A stretch of DNA of 51,845 nt from an uncultured Candidatus Saccharibacteria bacterium (GTDB lineage Bacteria; Patescibacteriota; Minisyncoccia; Sungbacterales; HO2-52-23), in NCBI GenBank assembly GCA_964361015.1, contig CAYHZE010000001.1, positions 1-51,845 on the forward strand. Reading direction: 5' to 3'. Below are positions 45,061-51,845 of this stretch, in pieces. The notes beneath the pieces are model-generated. The model ran no database searches and was not told the origin of the DNA. It saw only the letters and a program-made list of their open reading frames with translations. Numbering within the stretch: position 1 is the stretch's first letter; every line of letters starts with the position of its first letter. Position numbers and translations under genes: made by a program.

Positions 45061-45210
45061 GAACTTTCGTGTTTGATACCTCTCCTATTCTAGGGGAGGT
45101 TGGGAGGGGTATGAGTGAGGGATATCAACTTTTTCTTTAGGTTCTATCCCTGACCCATACCACCCCTAACCCCTCCTAAGATAGGAGGGGAAAGGGAAAT
45201 ACGTAAGTCC
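45061..45210 (+). repeat. Family A palindromic element, copy A6
   Basis: Degenerate left terminus gaactttcgtg; right terminus atacgtaagtcc; conserved internal stems. Confidence 0.88.
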
Positions 45211-45219
45211 TATTGATTC

Positions 45220-46239
45220 ATGCATCTCACTGACATATATCCTTACAATTCATTGTCTATTCGTTCAGGCATGACTGCTCAAAGCGAAGCGGCGCTTGAC
45301 GCGCTTGTGACAGAGTATTTTGGCGTTGAGTCGGCCGTGGTAAGTTCGGCGCGAGCGGGCCTCTATCTTATACTTAAAACTCTCGGTTTTTCCCGGACCG
45401 ATCATATTCTTGTTCCCGATTTTTTGTGCCGGTCAGTGCTCTATATTCTTAATCTCCAGGGATTTGCCGTACAGGAAGCAAACGCACGCACCAAGGCGGT
45501 ATTTGTATTTCATCAATGGGGATATCCTCAACGGATGGATATTATTATGAGTGAGGCAAAAAAACGCGGATGGTATGTGATTGAAGATTGCGCGCACGCG
45601 TTTGGCAGTACATATCGCGGAGAAATGGTCGGTAGTTTCGGCGATGCGTCAATTGTCAGTTTTCCAAAAATTTTTCCCACCTATGTGGGCGGTGCGGTAC
45701 TTTCAAAACATAAAGATCTCATTGCGCGGGTGCATGATACGCGCGAAGAGCCGCGATCACTTGGTCATCACTTGTTTGATCGCATATCCGTATATGCGGC
45801 GAGACAAAATTATTTATTGCGCAAGCCTCCTTTTCTGGCAACTGCCATTTATATTAAAAGCATTCATTTCCCGCGCATTGCACGGACCGCGCTTCGATGG
45901 TTTCCTCGGACGCTTGAGGACATTACATCCTCCCTTGCGCGAAGAAAATATATTTTTCAGACACTCAAAAAAAAGGCAGGTCCGGCATATCATCCCTTTG
46001 AGCTTGATGACGACAGTGATGTTATTCCGCTTTGCGTACCCATCTTTTTTCCCGAAGAAAAACTTCGCGCGGCGCAAGATATGCTTAAAGAAAAAAACAT
46101 TATTGCCGACATCCTGCATTTTGACGTAAATCGCAACATTCTCAATCCGCATTATAAGAAATGTCTCGCATTTCCTTGTCATCAATATGTGACCGATGAA
46201 GAGTTGAATTATATGTGCGATGTGATACGTCGTGTATAA
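45220..46239 (+). CDS. DegT/DnrJ/EryC1-family PLP-dependent sugar aminotransferase (divergent)
   Basis: VSSARAGLYLILKTLG...VIEDCAHAFGSTYRGEMVGSFGDASIVSFPKIFP (Lys in the expected position). Confidence 0.65.
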   Translation: MHLTDIYPYNSLSIRSGMTAQSEAALDALVTEYFGVESAVVSSARAGLYLILKTLGFSRTDHILVPDFLCRSVLYILNLQGFAVQEANARTKAVFVFHQWGYPQRMDIIMSEAKKRGWYVIEDCAHAFGSTYRGEMVGSFGDASIVSFPKIFPTYVGGAVLSKHKDLIARVHDTREEPRSLGHHLFDRISVYAARQNYLLRKPPFLATAIYIKSIHFPRIARTALRWFPRTLEDITSSLARRKYIFQTLKKKAGPAYHPFELDDDSDVIPLCVPIFFPEEKLRAAQDMLKEKNIIADILHFDVNRNILNPHYKKCLAFPCHQYVTDEELNYMCDVIRRV

Positions 46240-46281
46240 ATTCGTGAATTGGTTTCCTCTTTTCTTCAATCGGCAGTTTTA

Positions 46282-46415
46282 AGAGACCATTACAAAACTC
46301 TTTTTCATCTCCCGTTTGTCATTCCAAGCACTTGCGGGAATCTAGGTTCTCTCCTGAATTTAACGGGTCTGGATTCCCGCTTACGCGGGAATGACAGAGT
46401 TTTGTAATGGTCTCT
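46282..46415. mobile_element. Family D MITE-like element, copy D-b
   Basis: 20-bp TIR agagaccattacaaaactct / agagttttgtaatggtctct enclosing a gtcattcc...gggaatgac double-hairpin core. Confidence 0.85.
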
Positions 46416-46478
46416 AAGTACATCTCATAAACGAAGCGTCCCCAGTTACCATTCTATTTGAAATATGGTTCTATATAT

Positions 46479-48161
46479 ATGGAGTTTGGTGAAATTCAGA
46501 AGAAGATAAGCGACTTATATCAGGACACCCGCGTATCGGTGGCCGAATATATATCTCTTGCACATGCGCTTGGTGATGGGTCAGCAGGCAATGTTCCTTC
46601 GTATATTCGCACCCTTAAGGCGGCTTTTTTGGGCAGTTTTACGATTCAGGGATTGCCGGAAGTATGCAAAGCGCGGGGAATTTTTCATAATTTGCGGATT
46701 GAAATTTATCTGGCGGCGTATAATCAATTCACGCAAGAAGCAATTAATGCGGAAAGCGAACTTGCGCGATTTAATCCTGATATCGTATATGCGGCGGTGG
46801 ATGCGCCGGAAATAATGGACAGGCATCATTTGGAAATCGTGTGCCGTGGACTGTTGGAATACACAAAAGCAAAAATCATTTTTTTTAATTTTGCCTCGAG
46901 TCCGCAGATCAGTCCGGAACGCGCGCGGGAGTTGAACAGGGCGCTTGTGGATTTGGAAAAAAAAGAAGAAAGGATTATAGTTTTTAATTTTGCAAAATTT
47001 TTGCAACGTATTGGTAAAGATGGCCATTGGTATACGAAATACAAACAATTAGGAGATATGCGGTTGGCGCCAAGCGGATTTGCGCCATTGTCTGAAGAAT
47101 TGATCGGGTATGGAGTTGCGCGCGCGGGCAATACAAAAAAATGTTTGGTGCTTGATCTTGATAATACCTTATGGAAAGGTATTATTGGCGAAGATGGTAT
47201 GAGAGGAATTGTGCCGAATCGCAAATTTCAGCGCCATATTCTTGGATTGCATGAAAAGGGCGTCATTCTCGCAATCAACAGTAAAAACAATATGAGAGAC
47301 GCGCAGGAAGTTTTTGAACACCATCCTGACATGGTACTTAAAGAAAATCATATTGCCGCATGGAGGGTAAATTGGCAAGATAAGGATCGTAATATGGCGG
47401 AGATCGCGCAGGATTTGGATTTGGGAACTGACAGTTTTGTGTTTGTTGATGACAGCGGTTTTGAACAAGAGCGGGTGAAAACGGCGTTTCCCGAAATAGC
47501 GGTTTTGTCGCCGGATGCGCTCGCGGATTTTCGGGGATTTTTTTCGTTTAAGGTGACAAAGGAAGATATGCGCAGAGGGGCAATGTATGTGGAGGAGCGC
47601 AAGAGAAAAGAATTGCGGACTTCCCTGCCGAGTGAAGATGAGTTTCTCTCTACACTCGGATTGTCGCTTATCATACGTCATGCGTTAGAAAGTGATGTTG
47701 CGCGTGTAAGCCAACTTACGCAAAAGACTAATCAATTCAATCTCACCACTCGGCGGTATACGGAGGATGAAATTCGTTCGCGCATACAAGACAATGCGTG
47801 GAATATACGGGTTGCCGAAGCCAAAGATCGTTTCGGCGATTATGGCGCTATTGGGATTGCGATTATAGAGCACGGCCGCGATGCGTGGCGCATTGATAAT
47901 TTTTTATTGAGCTGCAGGATTCTTGGCAGAAAGGTGGAGAAAGTATTTTTGCATGCTCTTTTGGACAGCGCGTGCCAACAAGGCATTGAACGTGTAATCG
48001 GTGAATTTATTCCTTCGGCGAAAAATAAACTATGTGAATCGTTTCTTGAAGATAACAAATTCGTATTTGAATCTTGTGAAGAAAAAAAGTTTATCTATCA
48101 TTGGACTTCCGAAAATAAATCATACACGTACCCTCATTTCATCAAGCTTACTCTTGCATAA
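46479..48161 (+). CDS. FkbH-like HAD-IIIC phosphatase / ACP-loading enzyme
   Basis: CLVLDLDNTLWKGIIGEDG (DxDxT HAD motif), INSKN, VFVDDS, GNAT-like C-terminal tail; the ORF track starts at TTG 46458. Confidence 0.8.
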   Translation: MEFGEIQKKISDLYQDTRVSVAEYISLAHALGDGSAGNVPSYIRTLKAAFLGSFTIQGLPEVCKARGIFHNLRIEIYLAAYNQFTQEAINAESELARFNPDIVYAAVDAPEIMDRHHLEIVCRGLLEYTKAKIIFFNFASSPQISPERARELNRALVDLEKKEERIIVFNFAKFLQRIGKDGHWYTKYKQLGDMRLAPSGFAPLSEELIGYGVARAGNTKKCLVLDLDNTLWKGIIGEDGMRGIVPNRKFQRHILGLHEKGVILAINSKNNMRDAQEVFEHHPDMVLKENHIAAWRVNWQDKDRNMAEIAQDLDLGTDSFVFVDDSGFEQERVKTAFPEIAVLSPDALADFRGFFSFKVTKEDMRRGAMYVEERKRKELRTSLPSEDEFLSTLGLSLIIRHALESDVARVSQLTQKTNQFNLTTRRYTEDEIRSRIQDNAWNIRVAEAKDRFGDYGAIGIAIIEHGRDAWRIDNFLLSCRILGRKVEKVFLHALLDSACQQGIERVIGEFIPSAKNKLCESFLEDNKFVFESCEEKKFIYHWTSENKSYTYPHFIKLTLA

Positions 48162-48163
48162 CT

Positions 48164-48397
48164 ATGAAAACAGTTGAAGAAGTAATTGCTCATGTCCTTC
48201 ACATTGATCCTTCCGGTATCACTGACGCGAGCAGTCCGAACGACATAGAGAACTGGGATTCGTTTAACGGACTTCTTTTGGTTACTGAACTTGAAAAGAC
48301 ATTTAACGTATCTTTTAGTCTTGATGAGATCGTGGTGGTAAAAAATGTCGGCGATATTAAATCAGCTTTGAAAAAACATGGCATCAAAATCCCCTAA
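48164..48397 (+). CDS. Acyl carrier protein
   Basis: 77 aa; NWDSFNGLLLVTELE contains the DS(L/F) phosphopantetheine attachment motif. Confidence 0.8.
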   Translation: MKTVEEVIAHVLHIDPSGITDASSPNDIENWDSFNGLLLVTELEKTFNVSFSLDEIVVVKNVGDIKSALKKHGIKIP

Positions 48398-48821
48398 TCT
48401 TCCGCTTCATTCTTTTTCGTTCAAAGATATTCAGATAGGGGATACCTATTCTTTTGAGCGTTTTATTGATGATGAATTGGTCAAATCTTTTGCAGACATG
48501 AGCGGTGATTACAATCCGCTTCATATGGACGAGATATATGCGGCCCGTACCCAATTTGGCGGGCGCGTAGCTCATGGTATGCTTTCAGCAAGTTTTTTTT
48601 CAGCGCTTGTCGGCATGTTGTGTCCCGGTTCTCACTGTCTTTATCTTTCGCAAGACGTGCGCTTTAAGAAGCCGATCTTTCTTAATACGCGAGTGGTAGT
48701 CAAAGGAACGGTTACTGAAAAATCGGATGCAGTCAACATAATTTTTTTGCGGACCCTCGTATTGGATAAAGACGGTGTTGTTGTGGTTGAAGGCGAGGCA
48801 AAGGTAACCGTAATGACATAG
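48378..48821 (+). CDS. MaoC-like (R)-specific hydratase/dehydratase (hot-dog fold)
   Basis: SGDYNPLHMDEIYAARTQFGGRVAHGML. Confidence 0.8.
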   Translation: MASKSPNLPLHSFSFKDIQIGDTYSFERFIDDELVKSFADMSGDYNPLHMDEIYAARTQFGGRVAHGMLSASFFSALVGMLCPGSHCLYLSQDVRFKKPIFLNTRVVVKGTVTEKSDAVNIIFLRTLVLDKDGVVVVEGEAKVTVMT

Positions 48822-48825
48822 GAAT

Positions 48826-49524
48826 ATGAATAGATTTGACAAAAAAGTTATTTTAATACTCGGAGGCACCGGTGCAATCGGATCTTCTATTGCCGACCAT
48901 CTTGAACAAGAGGGCGGTATTGCCATTCGGCATGGAAGAAGTGGAGCATACGCATGGGATATTGAGAAAGGGGAAGATGCGGGCGTGTTTGTGGAAAAAA
49001 TAATCAAAGATTTTGGAAAAATAGACGGGGTGGTAAATTCACTTTCTTGCCCCATACGGATCGGCAATTTTGAAAAGAAAAGTTGGCAGGATTTTCTAGG
49101 GCATCTCAATGTGCAGTTGAAGGCCGCAGTTGAAATCGAAGGGAGTGTTATTGTTCATATGAAAAAACAGGGAAAGGGAAAGATCGTGCATGTGATAACC
49201 TCATACGCGATTGCCCTACCTCCTCCGGGCATTTCCGAATATATAACGGCAAAGTACGCGATGTGGGGGTTGACCAAGGCATTGGCAAGAGAGCTGGGGC
49301 GTCATCATATTACCGTCAATGCGGTATCGCCCGGGTTTATAAAAAATAAATTCAGTTCCATTGCTCCCGAAAAACTCATTGATATCATCACTGCCGAAAC
49401 TCCGCTTGGGCGCTTGACTACCGAAAAAGATGTGGCGCATGCGGTATTATTTCTTCTATCTGAAGACGCGGATCATATCACAGGAGAAAATATAAACATT
49501 TCCGGGGGGCAGACGATGGAATAA
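48826..49524 (+). CDS. Short-chain dehydrogenase/reductase (FabG-like)
   Basis: VILILGGTGAIGSSIA; YITAKYAMWGLTKALA (YxxxK); NAVSPGFI. Confidence 0.8.
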   Translation: MNRFDKKVILILGGTGAIGSSIADHLEQEGGIAIRHGRSGAYAWDIEKGEDAGVFVEKIIKDFGKIDGVVNSLSCPIRIGNFEKKSWQDFLGHLNVQLKAAVEIEGSVIVHMKKQGKGKIVHVITSYAIALPPPGISEYITAKYAMWGLTKALARELGRHHITVNAVSPGFIKNKFSSIAPEKLIDIITAETPLGRLTTEKDVAHAVLFLLSEDADHITGENINISGGQTME

Positions 49525-49527
49525 TAT

Positions 49528-49658
49528 GAGACTGTAGAAGAATGCCCAGAAGTTGTCATTGCGAGGAGCAGTAGTGACGAAGCAATCTCTCTCTCGGCGT
49601 TATAGATTGCTTCGCTACGCTCGCAATGACACCGTGGGAGATATTCTTCTACAGTCTC
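49528..49658. mobile_element. Family D MITE-like element, copy D-c
   Basis: TIR gagactgtagaagaat / attcttctacagtctc; core gtcattgcgagg...gcaatctctctctcgg...agattgcttcg...ctcgcaatgac; flanked by AATAT on both sides. Confidence 0.88.
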
Positions 49659-49665
49659 AATATGA

Positions 49666-49830
49666 GGACTTACGCATTTAGTTTTAGTTTTAGTTCCTCC
49701 CCTAGAATAGGGGAGGGTAGGAGGGGTATGTGTGTGGGGGATATCAATTTTTTCTTTAGGTTTTGCCCTCACCTTCTATCACCCCTAACCTCGCTCCTAT
49801 TTTATGAAGAGAAAAAGAAGTCAAGCGCAT
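49666..49830 (+). repeat. Family A palindromic element, copy A7 (right half degenerate)
   Basis: ggacttacgcat + hairpin1 + long stem; hairpin2 and the right terminus are eroded; starts 8 bp after D-c. Confidence 0.8.
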
Positions 49831-49843
49831 AAATTCTATATAT

Positions 49844-50308
49844 ATGCCAAGCATAAAAATAAAAATTTTAAAAAGAACCACGCTGAAAATTCTGCATCAA
49901 GTCAATCATCTCCTCTCGCAGTTAAGTTTAACCGCCACTGCTCCCGCTCCGCTCACCCCTAGACAATTCAAGTCCCTTCTCGGCCAACCGCGGGTATTTT
50001 TTTTAACCGCCATGTCTTCCATGGATGCGGAGGCGGTTATGATTGGTTTTCTCGCCATCTATTTAGTAAGAATTCCAAGCGGACTTTTAGCTGTGGTAGA
50101 AGATTTAATTGTTGATGAACCGTACCGCAAGCGGGGGGTGGGACGGCTTTTAATGGAATACGCGATTGACTTGGCGGAGAAAAAAGGCGCGCGCCATATA
50201 AGTCTCCGCACAAATCCTCAACGAATCGCAGCGAATAAGCTTTATGAACAAATGGGGTTTCGTCTCATGACGACAAATTTTTTTCGGATCAATTTGCCGA
50301 GGAAATAA
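49844..50308 (+). CDS. GNAT-family N-acetyltransferase
   Basis: VDEPYRKRGVGRLLMEYAIDLAEKKGARHISL...ANKLYEQMGF (motif A Q/RxxGxG/A). Confidence 0.85.
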   Translation: MPSIKIKILKRTTLKILHQVNHLLSQLSLTATAPAPLTPRQFKSLLGQPRVFFLTAMSSMDAEAVMIGFLAIYLVRIPSGLLAVVEDLIVDEPYRKRGVGRLLMEYAIDLAEKKGARHISLRTNPQRIAANKLYEQMGFRLMTTNFFRINLPRK

Positions 50309-50311
50309 ATT

Positions 50312-50443
50312 AGGACCGTAGAAAAATATCTCCCATGATGTCATTGCGAAGCGTTGCGCAAGTAATCTATAGCCTTAAGATAGAGATTGCTTCGTCGGAA
50401 GCCTTCTCGCAATGACAGTGTTCGGGTATTGTTCTACGGTCTC
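50312..50443. mobile_element. Family D MITE-like element, copy D-d
   Basis: TIR aggaccgtagaaaaata / ggtattgttctacggtctc; core gtcattgcgaag...agattgcttcg...ctcgcaatgac; flanked by AAATT on both sides. Confidence 0.85.
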
Positions 50444-50464
50444 AAATTATAATTTTTTTCATTC

Positions 50465-51184
50465 ATGTCATATTTAACAGTAGAAGAAATGCGAAATAAT
50501 CGGGAGTTCATGGCAGGTGATAAGAATCTTGACGAGGGCGGGACGCGATTTTTGGGAAGCACGGAAGCTGATCTTGCGCTGAAACTTTTTCCCAAAGAGG
50601 GAAGGATTTTAGATTGCGGTCCGGCATCAGGCATGTTTATTAAAGTTCTGCAGGATCATGGATTTAAACATATTCACGCGCTTGATGTCATTGATACGAT
50701 GATATACGGAGATCGCGCGCAATTTCCATTTCAAGAAATTGATTTTAATAAGGATATATTTCCGTATACGGATCAGTATTTTGACGGCGTGGCGGCCTGG
50801 GGCATTATGGAGCATATGGAAAATCCCTATCACTTTATGCGTGAAATACATCGGGTGCTGAAAAACGATCATTATTTTCTCATGGCAGTTCCCAGTATGT
50901 TTCACTGGTGGAGCCGGCTTATTTTTTTGAAAGCCGGACTTTTCCCGCGATGGAGCCATCGCAATAATCATATTGCATTATTTCCACGCGGCGTGTTTGA
51001 AAATACTTTTTTACGTTACTTTACGCTTGAAAAAACACTCTACACAAAGCCAAGTTTCCGGCTGAACGTATTTGACTGGACAAGCAAATATGTTCCGTCA
51101 AACGAGTGGTTCGGCAACTATGTGGTGTACATGCTGAAGCGCAAGGAGTTTGTGCCGTTTGTTGCCAATAAAAAGAAGAGATAA
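50465..51184 (+). CDS. Class I SAM-dependent methyltransferase
   Basis: ILDCGPASGMFIKVL motif I; FDGVAAWGIMEHMENP. Confidence 0.7.
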   Translation: MSYLTVEEMRNNREFMAGDKNLDEGGTRFLGSTEADLALKLFPKEGRILDCGPASGMFIKVLQDHGFKHIHALDVIDTMIYGDRAQFPFQEIDFNKDIFPYTDQYFDGVAAWGIMEHMENPYHFMREIHRVLKNDHYFLMAVPSMFHWWSRLIFLKAGLFPRWSHRNNHIALFPRGVFENTFLRYFTLEKTLYTKPSFRLNVFDWTSKYVPSNEWFGNYVVYMLKRKEFVPFVANKKKR

Positions 51185-51190
51185 TTTTTA

Positions 51191-51352
51191 AGAGCCTGTT
51201 CATAATCTTTTTTCCAGAGCCATTTTGTGATATTTTGAGCGAAAAACCTGAAGACCGACGAAACGTAGCGGTGCCTACGTTGAGGAGGTCTGAAGGTTTT
51301 GCAGCCAAAATAGCACAAAATGGAGTCGGGAAAAAGATTATGAACAGGCTCT
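51191..51352 (+). repeat. Family C palindromic element, copy C2
   Basis: Same orientation and length as 1..162; perfect outer arms agagcctgttcataatctttttt / aaaaagattatgaacaggctct. Confidence 0.92.
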
Positions 51353-51365
51353 AAGAATAAAAAAG

Positions 51366-51413
51366 GCCCTGAACACTAGATTAAACTCTATAAGAGTTTG
51401 CTAGTATCAGGGC
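51366..51413. terminator. Nested hairpin between convergent genes
   Basis: gccctgaacactag ... ctagtatcagggc with an inner aaactct-ata-agagttt hairpin; no clear U-tract. Confidence 0.35.
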
Positions 51414-51432
51414 AGTTAAAAGAAAAAAGAAA

Positions 51433-51705
51433 TTAGGCTTCGAGCGGGGTAGGCGAACTCTCCTCGTCCCACCACATCCACATCATCTCATCATGGAGGT
51501 ATTTCTCGAAAAGTTCGCCAATTTTCTTTGGGTCAAGGGATGCTGACATAATGGCAATGGTGCACTGGTCCCAATTCGCAGTTGGGACCTCGTTAACAAT
51601 CCGTGGTGCATGACTGCCGTCAAAAACAGCGTCTAATGCCCGTTGGATTGGTTCTGTCTGGGGCTGTTCTGTCCAGTCCCAATGATAGAAGAGTAATTTG
51701 ATCAT
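51433..51705 (-). CDS. Hypothetical protein (90 aa, Trp-rich)
   Basis: ORF only; lies outside the repeat-bracketed locus, on the opposite strand. Confidence 0.4.
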   Translation of the reverse strand: MIKLLFYHWDWTEQPQTEPIQRALDAVFDGSHAPRIVNEVPTANWDQCTIAIMSASLDPKKIGELFEKYLHDEMMWMWWDEESSPTPLEA

Positions 51706-51845
51706 TTTACCGACTCTCCTTTCAATCGAGTTTGTTCCTTATTCCTTAGAGTATATTGTACTATTTTTATAAATAAAAGTCAATGTTTCTAGGGTGAATT
51801 CGCACTCTAAAAACAACAAAGTTTGCAGGCTAATTGCAACACCCT

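Noticed and set aside
8144-46478. N-terminal extensions in the ORF track (8144, 23540, 31524, 38602, 46458)
   Set aside because: The upstream TTG/GTG or ATG starts fall inside repeats or spacers. In-frame ATGs at 8204, 23561, 31617, 38743 and 46479 fit the homologous N-termini better.
1-51352. Integron cassette array with attC sites (CALIN)
   Set aside because: The organisation is reminiscent of one, but the element ends (GGACTTACGC, AGACCT, AGAGCC, GAGAC) do not match the attC R''/R' cores (RYYYAAC / GTTRRRY). There are three or four distinct families rather than one attC class, some cassettes hold many genes, and no intI is present. The comparison is kept only as an analogy.
1-51845. tRNA, rRNA, transposase, integrase, phage genes or a classical defence system other than the TA modules
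   Set aside because: I scanned the intergenic regions and ORF translations and found no cloverleaf-like sequence, DDE/HUH/tyrosine-recombinase motif or phage structural signature. A dedicated tool (tRNAscan, ISEScan, DefenseFinder) should confirm this.

Overview
The window is a roughly 51 kb, almost entirely plus-strand locus for biosynthesis and tailoring of a surface glycan. It probably comes from an uncultivated bacterium with moderate GC content; the taxon is not determinable from the sequence. All calls are motif-level readings of the supplied ORF translations and by-eye alignment of the DNA; no database searches were run.

Recognisable biosynthetic modules:
- CDP-hexose genes (rfbF, rfbG), a dTDP-glucose 4,6-dehydratase, RmlC/FdtA-like cupins and an NDP-hexose C-methyltransferase.
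- A GDP-mannose-3,5-epimerase-like enzyme.
- A nonulosonic (sialic-like) acid module: NeuB-like synthase, NeuA-like CMP-transferase, a PseG/GT28-like protein and a CBS-fused NDP-sugar dehydrogenase.
- Three paralogous TagF/KpsS-like GT-B transferases and a TagD-like cytidylyltransferase.
- Three GT2 enzymes and a large GT-C-like membrane protein.
- About nine SAM methyltransferases and one B12-radical-SAM enzyme.
- An ACP-based acyl module: AcpS, FkbH-like loader, ACP, MaoC dehydratase, SDR, GNAT, FemAB-like protein and DegT aminotransferase.

Two toxin-antitoxin modules (AbiEi/AbiEii and HicB/HicA) are embedded in the locus.

The most unusual feature is non-coding. Nearly every intergenic gap over 100 bp holds one of three families of 130-162 bp highly structured palindromic MITE/REP-like elements, about 21 full or partial copies plus two short terminal remnants. 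They split the locus into one- to few-gene cassettes. One core sits in frame inside a CDS, others supply stop codons, and two direct copies bracket the whole locus.

No tRNA, rRNA, CRISPR array, transposase, integrase, Wzx/Wzy or initiating phosphoglycosyltransferase was recognised.
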